From Eledone cirrhosa (lineage: Eukaryota): a DNA stretch of 64,000 nucleotides. Each line of letters starts with the position of its first letter. Positions within the stretch are counted from its first letter, which is position 1. The notes beneath the pieces were generated by a model that was given only the letters and a program-made list of their open reading frames with translations, did not search any database and was not told the DNA's origin. The position numbers and the translations under genes are program-made. Location of the stretch: assembly GCA_964016885.1 (NCBI GenBank), contig OZ024742.1:113398001-113462000 (forward strand). The letters run 5' to 3'. Of this stretch, positions 29,101 to 43,785 are shown piece after piece.

Positions 29101-29181
29101 TATATATATATATATATATATTTATTTCGTTTCTGAATTTGTTTAGCAAGATTCATTATCTGAAAACGTGTGTTGAAACCG

Positions 29182-30029
29182 ATATTGTTATGCTTTGGGA
29201 GGGTCATGTTGACAATAAAAAAGACACGCACCAGTTGCTTACACTTCAATTTGTTATAAAGTAAATTTATAGATTTGGGAATTTATAAATTTACGGTTGG
29301 TTGGTTGGTTTCACAACCAGACGATTGTTCATATATTGTCAAAGTTCTGTCGTCACACAATCTGTGACCTCTTCAGTGACTGGAGATTCTTTTATTTCAT
29401 TGTGTGCCTCTCCTTTGTTCTCTCCTACGCCATCTTGTTTTTGTTTTGTGCTTAGTTTACGTATGTGTTACATGCAGGTGTCTTTGTATGTTTATATTTG
29501 TTTATTTATTTGTTTATTAACATGTTACTGGTTGGCTGTTTGTTCTATGTGTGTGTATTTTTAAAATTTTCCTTAATTGTAAGCTGTGATGTTGCTATTC
29601 CATTCATATATTCATATATATATATAGCAACATCACAACTTATAAAGGACAAAATGAAAACATACACACTCATCGAACAAACAACCAACCAGTAACATGT
29701 AAATAAACAAACAAATAAACAAATATAAACACACATAGGCATCCGGATGTAACACATGCGCAAACTAAGCCCACAATAAAAACAATATTGCGTAGGACAG
29801 AACAAAGGAGAGCCACAAAAGCAAAGGAAAGCATCCCCAGTCACTTAAGGAGGTCACATAATGTATGAAGAAAGAACTTTGACAATATATGAACAATCGT
29901 CTGGTTGTGGAACCAACCAACCAACCGGAAAATTATAAATTCCTAAATTTATGAATATAGTTTATAATAAATTGAAGTGAAACCTTGGTGCGTGTGTTTC
30001 TTATTGGCAACATGGCCCTCCCAAAGCAT

Positions 30030-30037
<8 letters not shown>
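29182..30037. repeat. diverged inverted repeat (about 415-bp arms) with decayed HHR-like motifs; pLTR-like
   Basis: Arms at 29182-29598 and 29624-30037. The left arm on minus reads gtca CTGAAGA ggtcaca...tgtgac...tgac; the right arm keeps GAAA but has a mutated CUGA. Confidence 0.85.
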
Positions 30038-30098
<61 letters not shown>

Positions 30099-30205
30099 TA
30101 TATACGTATGTATTGAATTTTATTATCTTATTTCTGCTTCGGACCTACTTCTCAATGGTTCGCACATATTGATATGTGCATGTGCTGTATATATGTATGT
30201 GTATG

Positions 30206-31312
<1,107 letters not shown>

Positions 31313-31316
<4 letters not shown>

Positions 31317-34230
31317 ACGCAGAAGAAACCTTCTTCCAAAAGATGGTATATTTAATGTTTTTGTCTTTCAAGGACCATATGAGTTCTGAGAGAGCCGTGT
31401 TGGTTCTTTTAAGTTTGTATTTAAAAGATGAATGATGATTATAAAGACGAGCTTTAAAAGAGGTGGAAGTGGAGCCAAAATAGGTGAAGGAATTGGTGCT
31501 AGTTATAACTTTACATTCATAAATTAAGTTTTTATCAAGACAATGGTTGTTGAGAGGAAATTTATTTTTAATGCGGCAGTTGCAATTAGAGAGATTATTA
31601 ATGAGTGACCTAGTGTTATCTATAGAAGGAATTGGATTGGAGAAGTTGTTTGCGATAGGAATAATAGGAATAATAGTTTCTTGATTTAGAGTTGGATTAT
31701 GAACATTTAGCGAAGTTGTGTTTGACGCTGTATTTGGGTTTACAGAAGTTAGCCTAGGGTTTACAATGACGTCGGGAATACTATTACTGTTATTATGAAA
31801 TTCAATGTTGGAAGGAAGAGATTTAGTATTTAGTATTTTATTGTTGTGTTTAGAGATAATGTTGGAAATATTGGAGGATGTAGAATAAGAAAATGTGATG
31901 GTGTGTTTGTTAAATATTTTACTATAGATATGTGAGGGAGGGAAGCATTTATTTAAGGCACTAAACAATAATTTAGGAATATTGTTATTAATAGAGATGG
32001 AGAAAGGTGCATTATACCAGATTATGTTTTTGTATCTAGGTCTTTTATTAGAGTTATTGGAATGATCATGATTAATTATTCTACTGTAAGTTTTTCTAGA
32101 CTTTGTTTCTTTACTATATTTGATTTTATCTGGATAACCGGCTTTAGAAAGTGCGTTATTATAGTAATTGGCGTTAGCATCAAAGATGTTTTTATTAGAA
32201 GATATGTTAGATATTCTTTTTCCAATATTACTAACTATAGCATTCTTGATATTGGTAGGATGGTTAGATTTAAAGTTAACATAATTTAGGTTCTCATTGT
32301 TTTTATGGTAAGGGTAATATAGGCCAGTGTCAAGATTAAGAGATACATCCAAGAAATTAGCTAGTTTGATACTATTATCAAATTCTATTTTTAGGTTATG
32401 TTGTTTAAAGAGATTACGTATATTGTTCTTAATAATATTAAGGTTAACTATATTGCAATTTAAGATAGTAAAGAGTCCATCGTCACGATAAATTCCACCG
32501 CGAAGTTGAGAAATGTTCAGACTCAAAGAGTTCAAAATAAAGATACCAATTAAATCAGTCAATTGGGATGAATCGGATGCTCCCATTGTGATGTCGAAGT
32601 TGTTAGAGGTATCGGCTGTGGTCTAATATTCGTTGTTGAACTCTAGGATGGTTTTACGTGCGGTGAGGATGATGTGAAGTTCATCTGTGGTGATGTCAGA
32701 ATATTTAAGTGCGAAAGATAGAGCAGAATATTTATTCTTCTGCGTCCTCATACTTGAACAGCTCTCTATCTAAAATCTGTAATCTCTGCCTAAATGAAAA
32801 ATGTACCATTATCTCTAATCTATATTCTATAATAAATAGACGTACAGATTTGTTTTCTATCTGCCTGCATAAATTCCATAGGACTTTTCACAAAGTATAC
32901 AGCTAATATTCAATTCTTTATCAATTTAGAATCTTTTCTCAAAGGCACATATACATACACCTCTTTAAAATATACCCATTCTTCCTACCTTACTTCAAAG
33001 GGCATTATACCCTCTATAATACTTGTTTACTCATTACCCTCACTCTATCTTCACCTTGTAAAATCCTTCATAACATATACATTTCTTTTTTTGACGTTAG
33101 AATATTCATCCGCAATTATTATTATTTTTTTTCTCCATCATCAAACTTTTTAATCTCAATACATTAACTCCCTCTCCTCCTTTTTTTGACGCTAGAATAT
33201 TCATCCTTAATAATATATTTTTTTCTTCCCATCAACTAACACATTCTTAATACATATTAACGCTTTCTTCGCACAAATTATCAATTCCTTCAATATAAAA
33301 ACCTTAACTTCACATTATTTTTCTCAAATCATCTAATACACAAACTTTAATAATTTTAATACATATTATCTCTTTCTTCGCACATATTATCAATTCCTTC
33401 AATATACAAACTTTAACTTCTACACACAAACCCTAATAATTTTTTCTCTTCGTCAATTTTGAAATTGCCATAATACTTATAAACATACACCTTTTTGACG
33501 TTAGAATATTCATCCGCAATTATTATTTTTTCTCTCTATCTTCACACTTTTTAATATCAATACATATCAACTCCCTCTCTTTCCGTTCGTTAATTTTCAA
33601 ATTCTTTTAATTTATACATTATCTTCCAACGGTTCTTAACCTCTCTATGTAAAACAATATATCTGTTCTCAGTTATAAAAACTATCTCTTTCTCTCTATC
33701 ACCCATCTCTCCCTCTCCACCTTCACTCTCATCTCCTCCCCTTTTTTCATCCTTTACACCCTCCTCTCTAAATAAAATATTTTTTCCTCGTACATATTTT
33801 TCCCTTCGTTAATTTTCAAATTCTTTTAATTTATACATTATCTTCCAACGGTTTTCAACCTCTCTATGTAAAACAATATATCTTCTCTCAGTTATAAAAA
33901 CTATCTCTTTCTCTCTATCACCCATCTCTCCCTCTCCATCTTCACTCTCATCTCCTCCCCTTTTTTCATCCCCCCCCCCTATCTAAATAAAATATTTTTC
34001 CCAATATCACACATCAATCTAAATCTACTTTTCATATGTTGATTTAAAACTGCACTATCCACAAGTGTTTTTTAGCCTTCATATCTTGTTCTCCTGTTTT
34101 ATCTGATGAAAACACAAATATTATTGCATGATGATGTTTGTTTTTGAAATGCGCATAATAAAATACATGGAACTCCTTTAACCATCTTTTGATCTTATAT
34201 ATTATATAAGTATATATATATATATATTCC
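31313..34230. mobile_element. Penelope-like element (GIYRDDG RT + GIY-YIG) with inverted 5' segment (31313-~32730, minus) and forward 3' end + pLTR (32735-34230)
   Basis: The 449-aa minus ORF has MGASDSSQLTDLIG, GGIYRDDGL, NFLDVSLNL, IIWYNAP, CNC and YFGSTSTSFKARLYNH, ending WKKVSSASS. The plus segment resumes SSASSYL..ICNLCLNEK..INRRTDLFSICLH. The UTR has internal duplications and an HHR. Confidence 0.92.
34096..34164 (+). ncRNA. type I hammerhead ribozyme in the PLE pLTR
   Basis: gttttat CTGATGA aaa-c-acaaatat...atgtttgt-t-ttt GAAA tgcgca TA ataaaat. The palindromic TGCGCA in stem-loop III is typical of minimal, dimer-forming PLE HHRs. Confidence 0.85.
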
Positions 34231-34262
34231 TGGTTGTGGGTGTGTATTTGTGCGTGATTACA

Positions 34263-34346
<84 letters not shown>

Positions 34347-34349
<3 letters not shown>

Positions 34350-34751
34350 ATGTAAATATAATGTATTTTGCAATACACTTTATGCTTAATTAAAAGCATT
34401 TTGAAGACCGTAAGCTATTGTTTTAAAGTAGTGACAAATTCACTCACTTCGATCTCAGCAAACAGGAGGAGATAAGCCGACATGACATGTTTCGCTTTTG
34501 TTGAAGCTTATCAAGGCCAACTACCCCGCCCGTCTGCTGAGATTAATGATGTTATATTCTTATAGAAATCTAGTAAATAATCAGGAGCTGATTATGCAGA
34601 GCGGTTGTTGGTCAGGCAGAAATTAAAAATTAGAATTGTAGTTCTGAAATAGCAATATATATATGGATGTAAATATAATGTATTTTGCAATACACTTTAT
34701 GCTTAATTAAAAGCATTTTGAAGACCGTAAGCTATTGTTTTAAAGTAGTGA
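34347..34751 (-). repeat. inverted 1.3-unit copy of the 317-bp repeat, with a full HHR at 34452-34543
   Basis: Reverse complement of the array unit. Joins the forward array through a shared TGA (34749-34751) and runs into (TA)n at the unit's internal AT tract. Confidence 0.95.
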
Positions 34752-37700
34752 TAAGCTTCAACAAAAGCGAAACATGTCATGTCGGCTTATCTCCTCCTGT
34801 TTGCTGAGATCGAAGTGAGTGAATTTGTCACTACTTTAAAACAATAGCTTACGGTCTTCAAAATGCTTTTAATTAAGCATAAAGTGTATTGCAAAATACA
34901 TTATATTTACATCCATATATATATTGCTATTTCAGAGCTACAATTCTAATTTTTAATTTCTGCCTGACCAACAACCGCTCTGCATAATCAGCTCCTGATT
35001 ATTTACTAGATTTCTATAAGAATATAACATCATTAATCTCAGCAGACGGGCGGGGTAGTTGGCCTTGATAAGCTTCAACAAAAGCGAAACATGTCATGTC
35101 GGCTTATCTCCTCTTGTTTGCTGAGATCGAAGTGAGTGAATTTGTCACTACTTTAAAACAATAGCTTACGGTCTTCAAAATGCTTTTAATTAAGCATAAA
35201 GTGTATTGCAAAATACATTATATTTACATCCATATATATATTGCTATTTCAGAGCTACAATTCTAATTTTTAATTTCTGCCTGACCAACAACCGCTCTGC
35301 ATAATCAGCTCCTGATTATTTACTAGATTTCTATAAGAATATAACATCATTAATCTCAGCAGACGGGCGGGGTAGTTGGCCTTGATAAGCTTCAACAAAA
35401 GCGAAACATGTCATGTCGGCTTATCTCCTCCTGTTTGCTGAGATCGAAGTGAGTGAATTTGTCACTACTTTAAAACAATAGCTTACGGTCTTCAAAATGC
35501 TTTTAATTAAGCATAAAGTGTATTGCAAAATATATTATATTTACATCCATATATATATTGCTATTTCAGAGCTACAATTCTAATTTTTAATTTCTGCCTG
35601 ACCAACAACCGCTCTGCATAATCAGCTCCTGATTATTTACTAGATTTCTATAAGAATATAACATCATTAATCTCAGCAGACGGGCGGGGTAGTTGGCCTT
35701 GATAAGCTTCAACAAAAGCGAAACATGTCATGTCGGCTTATCTCCTCCTGTTTGCTGAGATCGAAGTGAGTGAATTTGTCACTACTTTAAAACAATAGCT
35801 TACGGTCTTCAAAATGCTTTTAATTAAGCATAAAGTGTATTGCAAAATACATTATATTTACATCCATATATATATTGCTATTTCAGAGCTACAATTCTAA
35901 TTTTTAATTTCTGCCTGACCAACAACCGCTCTGCATAATCAGCTCCTGATTATTTACTAGATTTCTATAAGAATATAACATCATTAATCTCAGCAGACGG
36001 GCGGGGTAGTTGGCCTTGATAAGCTTCAACAAAAGCGAAACATGTCATGTCGGCTTATCTCCTCTTGTTTGCTGAGATCGAAGTGAGTGAATTTGTCACT
36101 ACTTTAAAACAATAGCTTACGGTCTTCAAAATGCTTTTAATTAAGCATAAAGTGTATTGCAAAATACATTATATTTACATCCATATATATATTGCTATTT
36201 CAGAGCTACAATTCTAATTTTTAATTTCTGCCTGACCAACAACCGCTCTGCATAATCAGCTCCTGATTATTTACTAGATTTCTATAAGAATATAACATCA
36301 TTAATCTCAGCAGACGGGCGGGGTAGTTGGCCTTGATAAGCTTCAACAAAAGCGAAACATGTCATGTCGGCTTATCTCCTCCTGTTTGCTGAGATCGAAG
36401 TGAGTGAATTTGTCACTACTTTAAAACAATAGCTTACGGTCTTCAAAATGCTTTTAATTAAGCATAAAGTGTATTGCAAAATATATTATATTTACATCCA
36501 TATATATATTGCTATTTCAGAGCTACAATTCTAATTTTTAATTTCTGCCTGACCAACAACCGCTCTGCATAATCAGCTCCTGATTATTTACTAGATTTCT
36601 ATAAGAATATAACATCATTAATCTCAGCAGACGGGCGGGGTAGTTGGCCTTGATAAGCTTCAACAAAAGCGAAACATGTCATGTCGGCTTATCTCCTCCT
36701 GTTTGCTGAGATCGAAGTGAGTGAATTTGTCACTACTTTAAAACAATAGCTTACGGTCTTCAAAATGCTTTTAATTAAGCATAAAGTGTATTGCAAAATA
36801 CATTATATTTACATCCATATATATATTGCTATTTCAGAGCTACAATTCTAATTTTTAATTTCTGCCTGACCAACAACCGCTCTGCATAATCAGCTCCTGA
36901 TTATTTACTAGATTTCTATAAGAATATAACATCATTAATCTCAGCAGACGGGCGGGGTAGTTGGCCTTGATAAGCTTCAACAAAAGCGAAACATGTCATG
37001 TCGGCTTATCTCCTCCTGTTTGCTGAGATCGAAGTGAGTGAATTTGTCACTACTTTAAAACAATAGCTTACGGTCTTCAAAATGCTTTTAATTAAGCATA
37101 AAGTGTATTGCAAAATACATTATATTTACCTCCATATATATATTGCTATTTCAGAGCTACAATTCTAATTTTTAATTTCTGCCTGACCAACAACCGCTCT
37201 GCATAATCAGCTCCTGATTATTTACTAGATTTCTATAAGAATATAACATCATTAATCTCAGCAGACGGGCGGGGTAGTTGGCCTTGATAAGCTTCAACAA
37301 AAGCGAAACATGTCATGTCGGCTTATCTCCTCCTGTTTGCTGAGATCGAAGTGAGTGAATTTGTCACTACTTTAAAACAATAGCTTACGGTCTTCAAAAT
37401 GCTTTTAATTAAGCATAAAGTGTATTGCAAAATACATTATATTTACATCCATATATATATTGCTATTTCAGAGCTACAATTCTAATTTTTAATTTCTGCC
37501 TGACCAACAACCGCTCTGCATAATCAGCTCCTGATTATTTACTAGATTTCTATAAGAATATAACATCATTAATCTCAGCAGACGGGCGGGGTAGTTGGCC
37601 TTGATAAGCTTCAACAAAAGCGAAACATGTCATGTCGGCTTATCTCCTCCTGTTTGCTGAGATCGAAGTGAGTGAATTTGTCACTACTTTAAAACAATAG

Positions 37701-37803
37701 CTTACGGTCTTCAAAATGCTTTTAATTAAGCATAAAGTGTATTGCAAAATACATTATATTTACATCCATATATATATTGCTATTTCAGAGCTACAATTCT
37801 AAT
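34750..37803 (+). mobile_element. retrozyme-like tandem array: 317-bp unit x about 9.6, each complete unit with a hammerhead ribozyme
   Basis: GATAAGCTTC recurs at 34750, 35067, 35384, 35701, 36018, 36335, 36652, 36969, 37286 and 37603 (exact 317 spacing). Units differ at only a few positions. Non-coding; followed by (TA)n. Confidence 0.92.
35036..35127 (+). ncRNA. type I hammerhead ribozyme, U3-A8 core variant (first of 9 complete forward copies, every 317 bp)
   Basis: atctcagcagacggg-c-ggggta-gtt-ggcc TTGATAA gctt-caacaa-aagc GAAA cat-gtc-atg TC ggct-tatctc-ct-c(c/t)tgtttgctgagat. Predicted cleavage after C35100 (GUC). Confidence 0.87.
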
Positions 37804-38053
37804 ATATATATATATATATATATATAAATATATATATAATTGTTCGATTCATTTTGTTTACTCCTCTCGAGAGAACATGTGTATATTATTTCTAAATAAG
37901 CATCACTATATGTTCTACCAACGACTGCACAACACTGAGTGTTCCATTGAAAGGACATTCCGCATCATCTAATTGAATTTCGCCCTCTCACTCTCTCTTT
38001 TTCTCTCTCTTTCACTCTATCTCTCACGCACACTCTCTCTATCCCTGTCCCGC

Positions 38054-38159
<106 letters not shown>

Positions 38160-38280
38160 ATATACATGTGTGTGTGTATGGTTTTAAATAACTTTCGTTT
38201 TGGCTCTGTTCATACATATTTCCTAGTGATTTATATAATATGAATTTGTTGATAGTTATACTAATTCTTCTTCTTCCAAC

Positions 38281-38305
38281 ACTACTACTACTACTACTAC
38301 TGCTG

Positions 38306-38378
<73 letters not shown>

Positions 38379-38379
38379 A
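38281..38379. repeat. (TAC)n microsatellite
   Basis: About 33 tandem ACT units; source of the poly-S/poly-L ORFs. Confidence 0.97.
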
Positions 38380-38415
38380 ATTACTATTAATAATAATAAT
38401 CAAAATAATAATAAT

Positions 38416-38604
38416 AATTGTTTCTACTATTGGCACAATGCCATCAAATTACCCAGTACATTACTGGTACTTTATTTTATCGACCCTGTAAGGATGAAAG
38501 ACAAAGTTAACCTCGGCAGGATTTGAACTCAGAAGGGCAGGTGCCGTAACTCTATACATCAAAGCATGGTGTCCCATCCTCTACCGATACTGCCAATTCA
38601 CCGC
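38416..38604 (-). mobile_element. tRNA-derived SINE
   Basis: Colinear with the 18181 and 47068 copies (actggtactttattttatcgaccc...gatttgaactcaga...ctaccgatactgcca). Confidence 0.85.
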
Positions 38605-39941
38605 AATAATAATAATAATAATAGTGCAAGTAAAAAAAATGTCCTTATATAATGAAACTCAATCCTGCCTAATGTATCATCAATGGTGTTCCTGCAAAAT
38701 TATGAATGTAGCTTGTATAATAGTGATGGGTGGAAGGAGGCAGCCGAAATACGATTATGATTTCAAATGCAATCAGTTTGTGTTGCTTGCAAGAAAAGCG
38801 TGATTATACTCTATTTGCTTCACTAGCATACACATATTTATCACAAGTGAGATTAATATTTTTAGATATATTGCCAAAACGAAATGATTTGATGAAAACA
38901 TGTTTCATTGAAGCGCCATCTGTGATATTGCAGTTGCTTCTATCTTTGACCAAATAAATATCATTCTCAAAATGTCAAAATATTACATTTAAAAAAGTAT
39001 ATATTTCTCGACATATTGTGCTACATTTCTTTGATCTACTGCTTCGATCTACCTGCCACATCTCCCTCTCATATCATCTTTAAAAAAATATTTAAACATT
39101 TGCGTGAACATGTACAGTCCATATCTTCTAAATATTGTATAGAGTAAACTTTTATTATTATCGTTTTTCCTTTGTAAGTTCCACTAACCAATCTTCGTCA
39201 TCAATCTTCCTTGTCACTGTCTTTTCTGAAATAATAAAACTTATTGTATTGAAATATCAATCAAATTCTACAGAAATATAAACTGTTAAGAATCATATAA
39301 TTATACCAAGATGTTTTGTGCCTGTGTATATATGACGCTCTACATAACAGGCAGTCATTTATACTCTTTGCTATTCACAAGCTGGAGTTCCATTACTTGA
39401 TGTTATTCCCAACACATGCTTCTAGAATAAAATACTGCGCCTATACAAAATGAAATGCAAAAGCTGAAATTCCAGATAACTAACGCAGTTTAACAATCAA
39501 TATTTGCTACTTCGTAGGTATACTTGTTATCAATGATTTTGTGCTGATGTCTAAATTAGGACAGCCCTGAACAAGAAGTTTTATATAGTAAGTGTTTGTG
39601 TTATGGATATTTTATTCATAAGTTTATGTCTAAAGTGATATTTGATAGCATTTTTAATATATTAAATCTATTATCTTTTTTTCCCGGATGAATCATCGTC
39701 GTAAGTATCCCTGGATATTAAATGTTGCAAGTTCGCTGAGAAGTAAATGATTCTTCCGATTTAAATGAACGGCTATATTTTATGTCTAAGGTAAATAAAC
39801 AGTAACAAGAAAAATCATTTTTAAAAAATCACCTAAGGTGTGCAAGCAAAACGAATATACAGGCGGAAAGCACCGCCTTTCTCTCCCCCAAAATGAATAG
39901 GATAACTTTACTTGTAAATGAAGAAGATATGAGAGCGTACG

Positions 39942-40557
<616 letters not shown>

Positions 40558-41809
40558 TGAATTAAATTGAGAGACAGAAAGAAAAGATACGATGTAATTA
40601 TATAAAAAGAAATATAAAGAGGGAAGTCCCTCCGCTTGGTACTTAGACAATATAAAAGCGTATAGCCAATAATGCGTTTACAATAGTTAAATGGGTGCAT
40701 TGATATAGACAATACACTATATAGAATGCATAAAATGATGTGACGCATCAGGATGGAAATTGTAAATTATTAAAATGAAAGTAGAATGCTTTGTTTTTAA
40801 AATTCGCCAATGATGTCCTCCTGCTAGCTATTGGTGGTCGAGTAGTAACAAAAGAAACATTCCCGAAGTTTATGCTTGAGGAGGGTATGCTTTTTTATGA
40901 GCGTGGCAGAGATGTGTGAGATAAGTGTGAAGCTGATGTCAAGTTAAAATTGCTTGGAAAATAATAAAACAAAATAGTTGTTGTGGGTGCCAAAAGTAAA
41001 GCCTTATGGAATACGTTGGATTCCTGAAGAAGAAGGTAGTATCATCGAGCTACTAAATGGATTAAAATAATTACAAAATACGCAGCGCGATATGGATGGC
41101 ATTACAGATTATATAATACAAGACAATAGGATGAGCGATAGTCCAAATGTTTGTAATATATATCATTGATAACTTAAGTGAATTTTGAAGCTATCGAAAC
41201 ATTAACAGATTTAAAAAGCAATCTAAGAAGAAACATCACTGACACAAACACAAATATTATATATCGCCTTAACTAAAGGAAAATAATATATCTTTCACAT
41301 TATTCCCTGTGTTTCAATAACTCCAGAGTTAATGTGAAATTCATGATATGTGTTAGTGTCGTTTTTGTTTGTGAGGGCATTTCGATATGAATGTGAATAT
41401 ATTCTATATACTCACCAATTTATATATATAATATATAAATATATATATACACACACATATATACAAACATGTGTGTGTGTGTGCGCGCGTGCGTGCTACA
41501 ATGAGTGTGTTGGTGTGTGCATGAATATCTGCAAACATATTTATTTTTTGCCATCCAGCGATTTGGTAAAACCAATAAAATAATTTATATATAACGTAAT
41601 TTCTTTGACAAATGTATATGAACATTTTATTAGATTATACATTTTCCCCCATAAATCACTATGCGCATGCATAGATGTATGCATAACCATATGCATACAC
41701 AGACACACACGCAAAGGCACACGCACTCTCTCTCACACACACACACACAGTCACACATACACACAAACACACACACACACACACACATACATATATATCT
41801 ATATCTATA

Positions 41810-41875
<66 letters not shown>

Positions 41876-42279
41876 TTTTAACTTACATCAATTTTATCAT
41901 ACGCTTAAATATGTTAACATTCTAATTACTAAATGTTGTTGACTACATGGTATATGCACACATTCAAATTTACGTTAATCAAAGTGATTAGAACATACTT
42001 CATTTTATATATTACATATTTCGAATAATATATAATAAGTCTTAAATAAGTACAGAATTAAATAACATGGAAATATACATCAATTACAGTTATAAGTCTT
42101 CTATATCTACAGATTGCGTGCAGAAGTGTTTCGTGTAAAATAAGGTGTATCTATAATCTAGCACAGTGAAAATGCACAGAATAATTTTGTTAGCCGAAAT
42201 ACTATTCGTAATTGCATATATAACAACCAGAACTTAAAATATTTTAATGGCAATATTTTCTATCAAATATCGGGTACAA

Positions 42280-43785
42280 CGATGGCCACACATGTTGCCC
42301 AGATTAACGCCAATTTAGTCATGATTTACGTGGAAGTTTAGATTTATAAAGTCTCCAGATACATAATTGACTTGCATTTCAACAAATATTTGCTAGACTG
42401 GAAACGCTACTAGAATTACTATCCTATACTATGGACGCACAGACTCGACAATCTCAATGAATTCAAGAGAATAATTAACCGCATCGATAGTAAAAATCAC
42501 CTTCCATTCCTAGACATTCTCATCCTGAATGAGACAGAAATATTGAAATTGACATTCACAAAAAAACAACAGATTTTACTCAAAATTTACTATTCAACTC
42601 AAGCCAACCGTAACAGACGAAGAAAAATATTCCGTTTAATATAGCAAGAAGAATATGTAAAATAACCTCAAATCATGAAACTAGGAATAAAAGACTACAA
42701 AAAGTAAAATAAATTCTACTCGAAAGAGAGAATCCATCATTATCAACAGAGAACGGAATAGTAACTGTCATAACAATACACATTCAAGAATTAAGAAAAA
42801 CAATACAATTTCAGATACATCGAATACTCTGTCCAATATCTCAACACAAAATACAAGATATACAGAAGCATACAACAATATCAACAAGAACATGCCACTA
42901 TGGAGACAAGACACAAGAACGAAAATAATAATCGAAGCATTAAAAAAAATATCATAAGCAAAAGACCACCCACATTGCTTAATAACTACACACCAGCATC
43001 AAATTACCCACCACAAACATAACACCAACAGTTAAATTTCTGTTCAATTTTGTACAAAATATAATTCAGAGACATATCAGATGAAAGAATGGTATTTAAC
43101 TAATGCGAACAGAATGGAGAAGGCGTTTCCCCGGAGGACGCCAAGGGAGACGCGCTGGAAAAGTCACTCCAACTCGCTGGCCAGCTCACCGCCTATGGTG
43201 GTGAGTAAGGGGGTAGCCCAGGGGCCGAGGACACCAGCAGTCTCCATGGCCAGGGGAACGACCGCAAACCTATCGGAGAGCGACCGGTATTTGAGGAGTT
43301 TCGCCCCCTCAGTCCGACGTGCAGCAGAACCTGGGTCAGTCGCAGCCTGCATCAGGTTGCGGCTGCAGAAAGTGTCGCTGCAAGTGGCATTCCAGACGTT
43401 AAAATGTGTCGGCTCTTTGATTGTGGAACTTGCATTAAACTCATTGAAGTCACGCTGAATATATTTAAATCAAAAGAATTTTTGAAAAAAATATTTCACC
43501 TGTTCAACAAAAAAATAATCTATGCCATTAAATGCAAAGGGTGTTACATGAAATGTAAAGGATGTTTTATAGGGCAAATCACACTCACCCACAGAAACAG
43601 AATAATAATTCCCCGTAAAAAGACATACATCATACAGTGAGCATTTAGATTTATGGGCAACGAACAAGTCCCCCTATTTCCATGTAGTACCATTGTATTG
43701 TTTTTCAGAATATATCAGATGTCAAACACGAACAAATAAATGAAATATATTTATTCAAAAATACAAACCATGCTTAAATATATTT
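42280..43785 (+). mobile_element. heavily decayed Penelope-like element (RT C-terminus + GIY-YIG), interrupted by a CRE-like fragment
   Basis: LPFLDILI, IDIHKKTTDF, KKNIPFNIARRICKITS, TCSTKKIIYAIKCKGC...FIGQ and KYKPCLN. Confidence 0.7.
43085..43402 (-). mobile_element. CRE-like non-LTR retrotransposon 3' fragment
   Basis: VWNATCSDTF...GSAARRTEGAKLLKYRSLSDRFAVVPLAMETAGVLGP...FQRVSLGVLRGNAFSIL. A GC-rich island; same domain as 14030-14500. Confidence 0.8.

Noticed and set aside
34750-37803. CRISPR array or rRNA/snRNA gene cluster
   Set aside because: No unique spacers, the context is eukaryotic, and I see no resemblance to 5S, spliced-leader or U snRNAs.
39189-39240. Possible 37-nt minus-strand micro-exon (ttttattatttcag...GTTAGT)
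   Set aside because: Plausible splice signals, but no partner exons or recognisable peptide; such motifs occur by chance in AT-rich DNA. RNA-seq would be needed.
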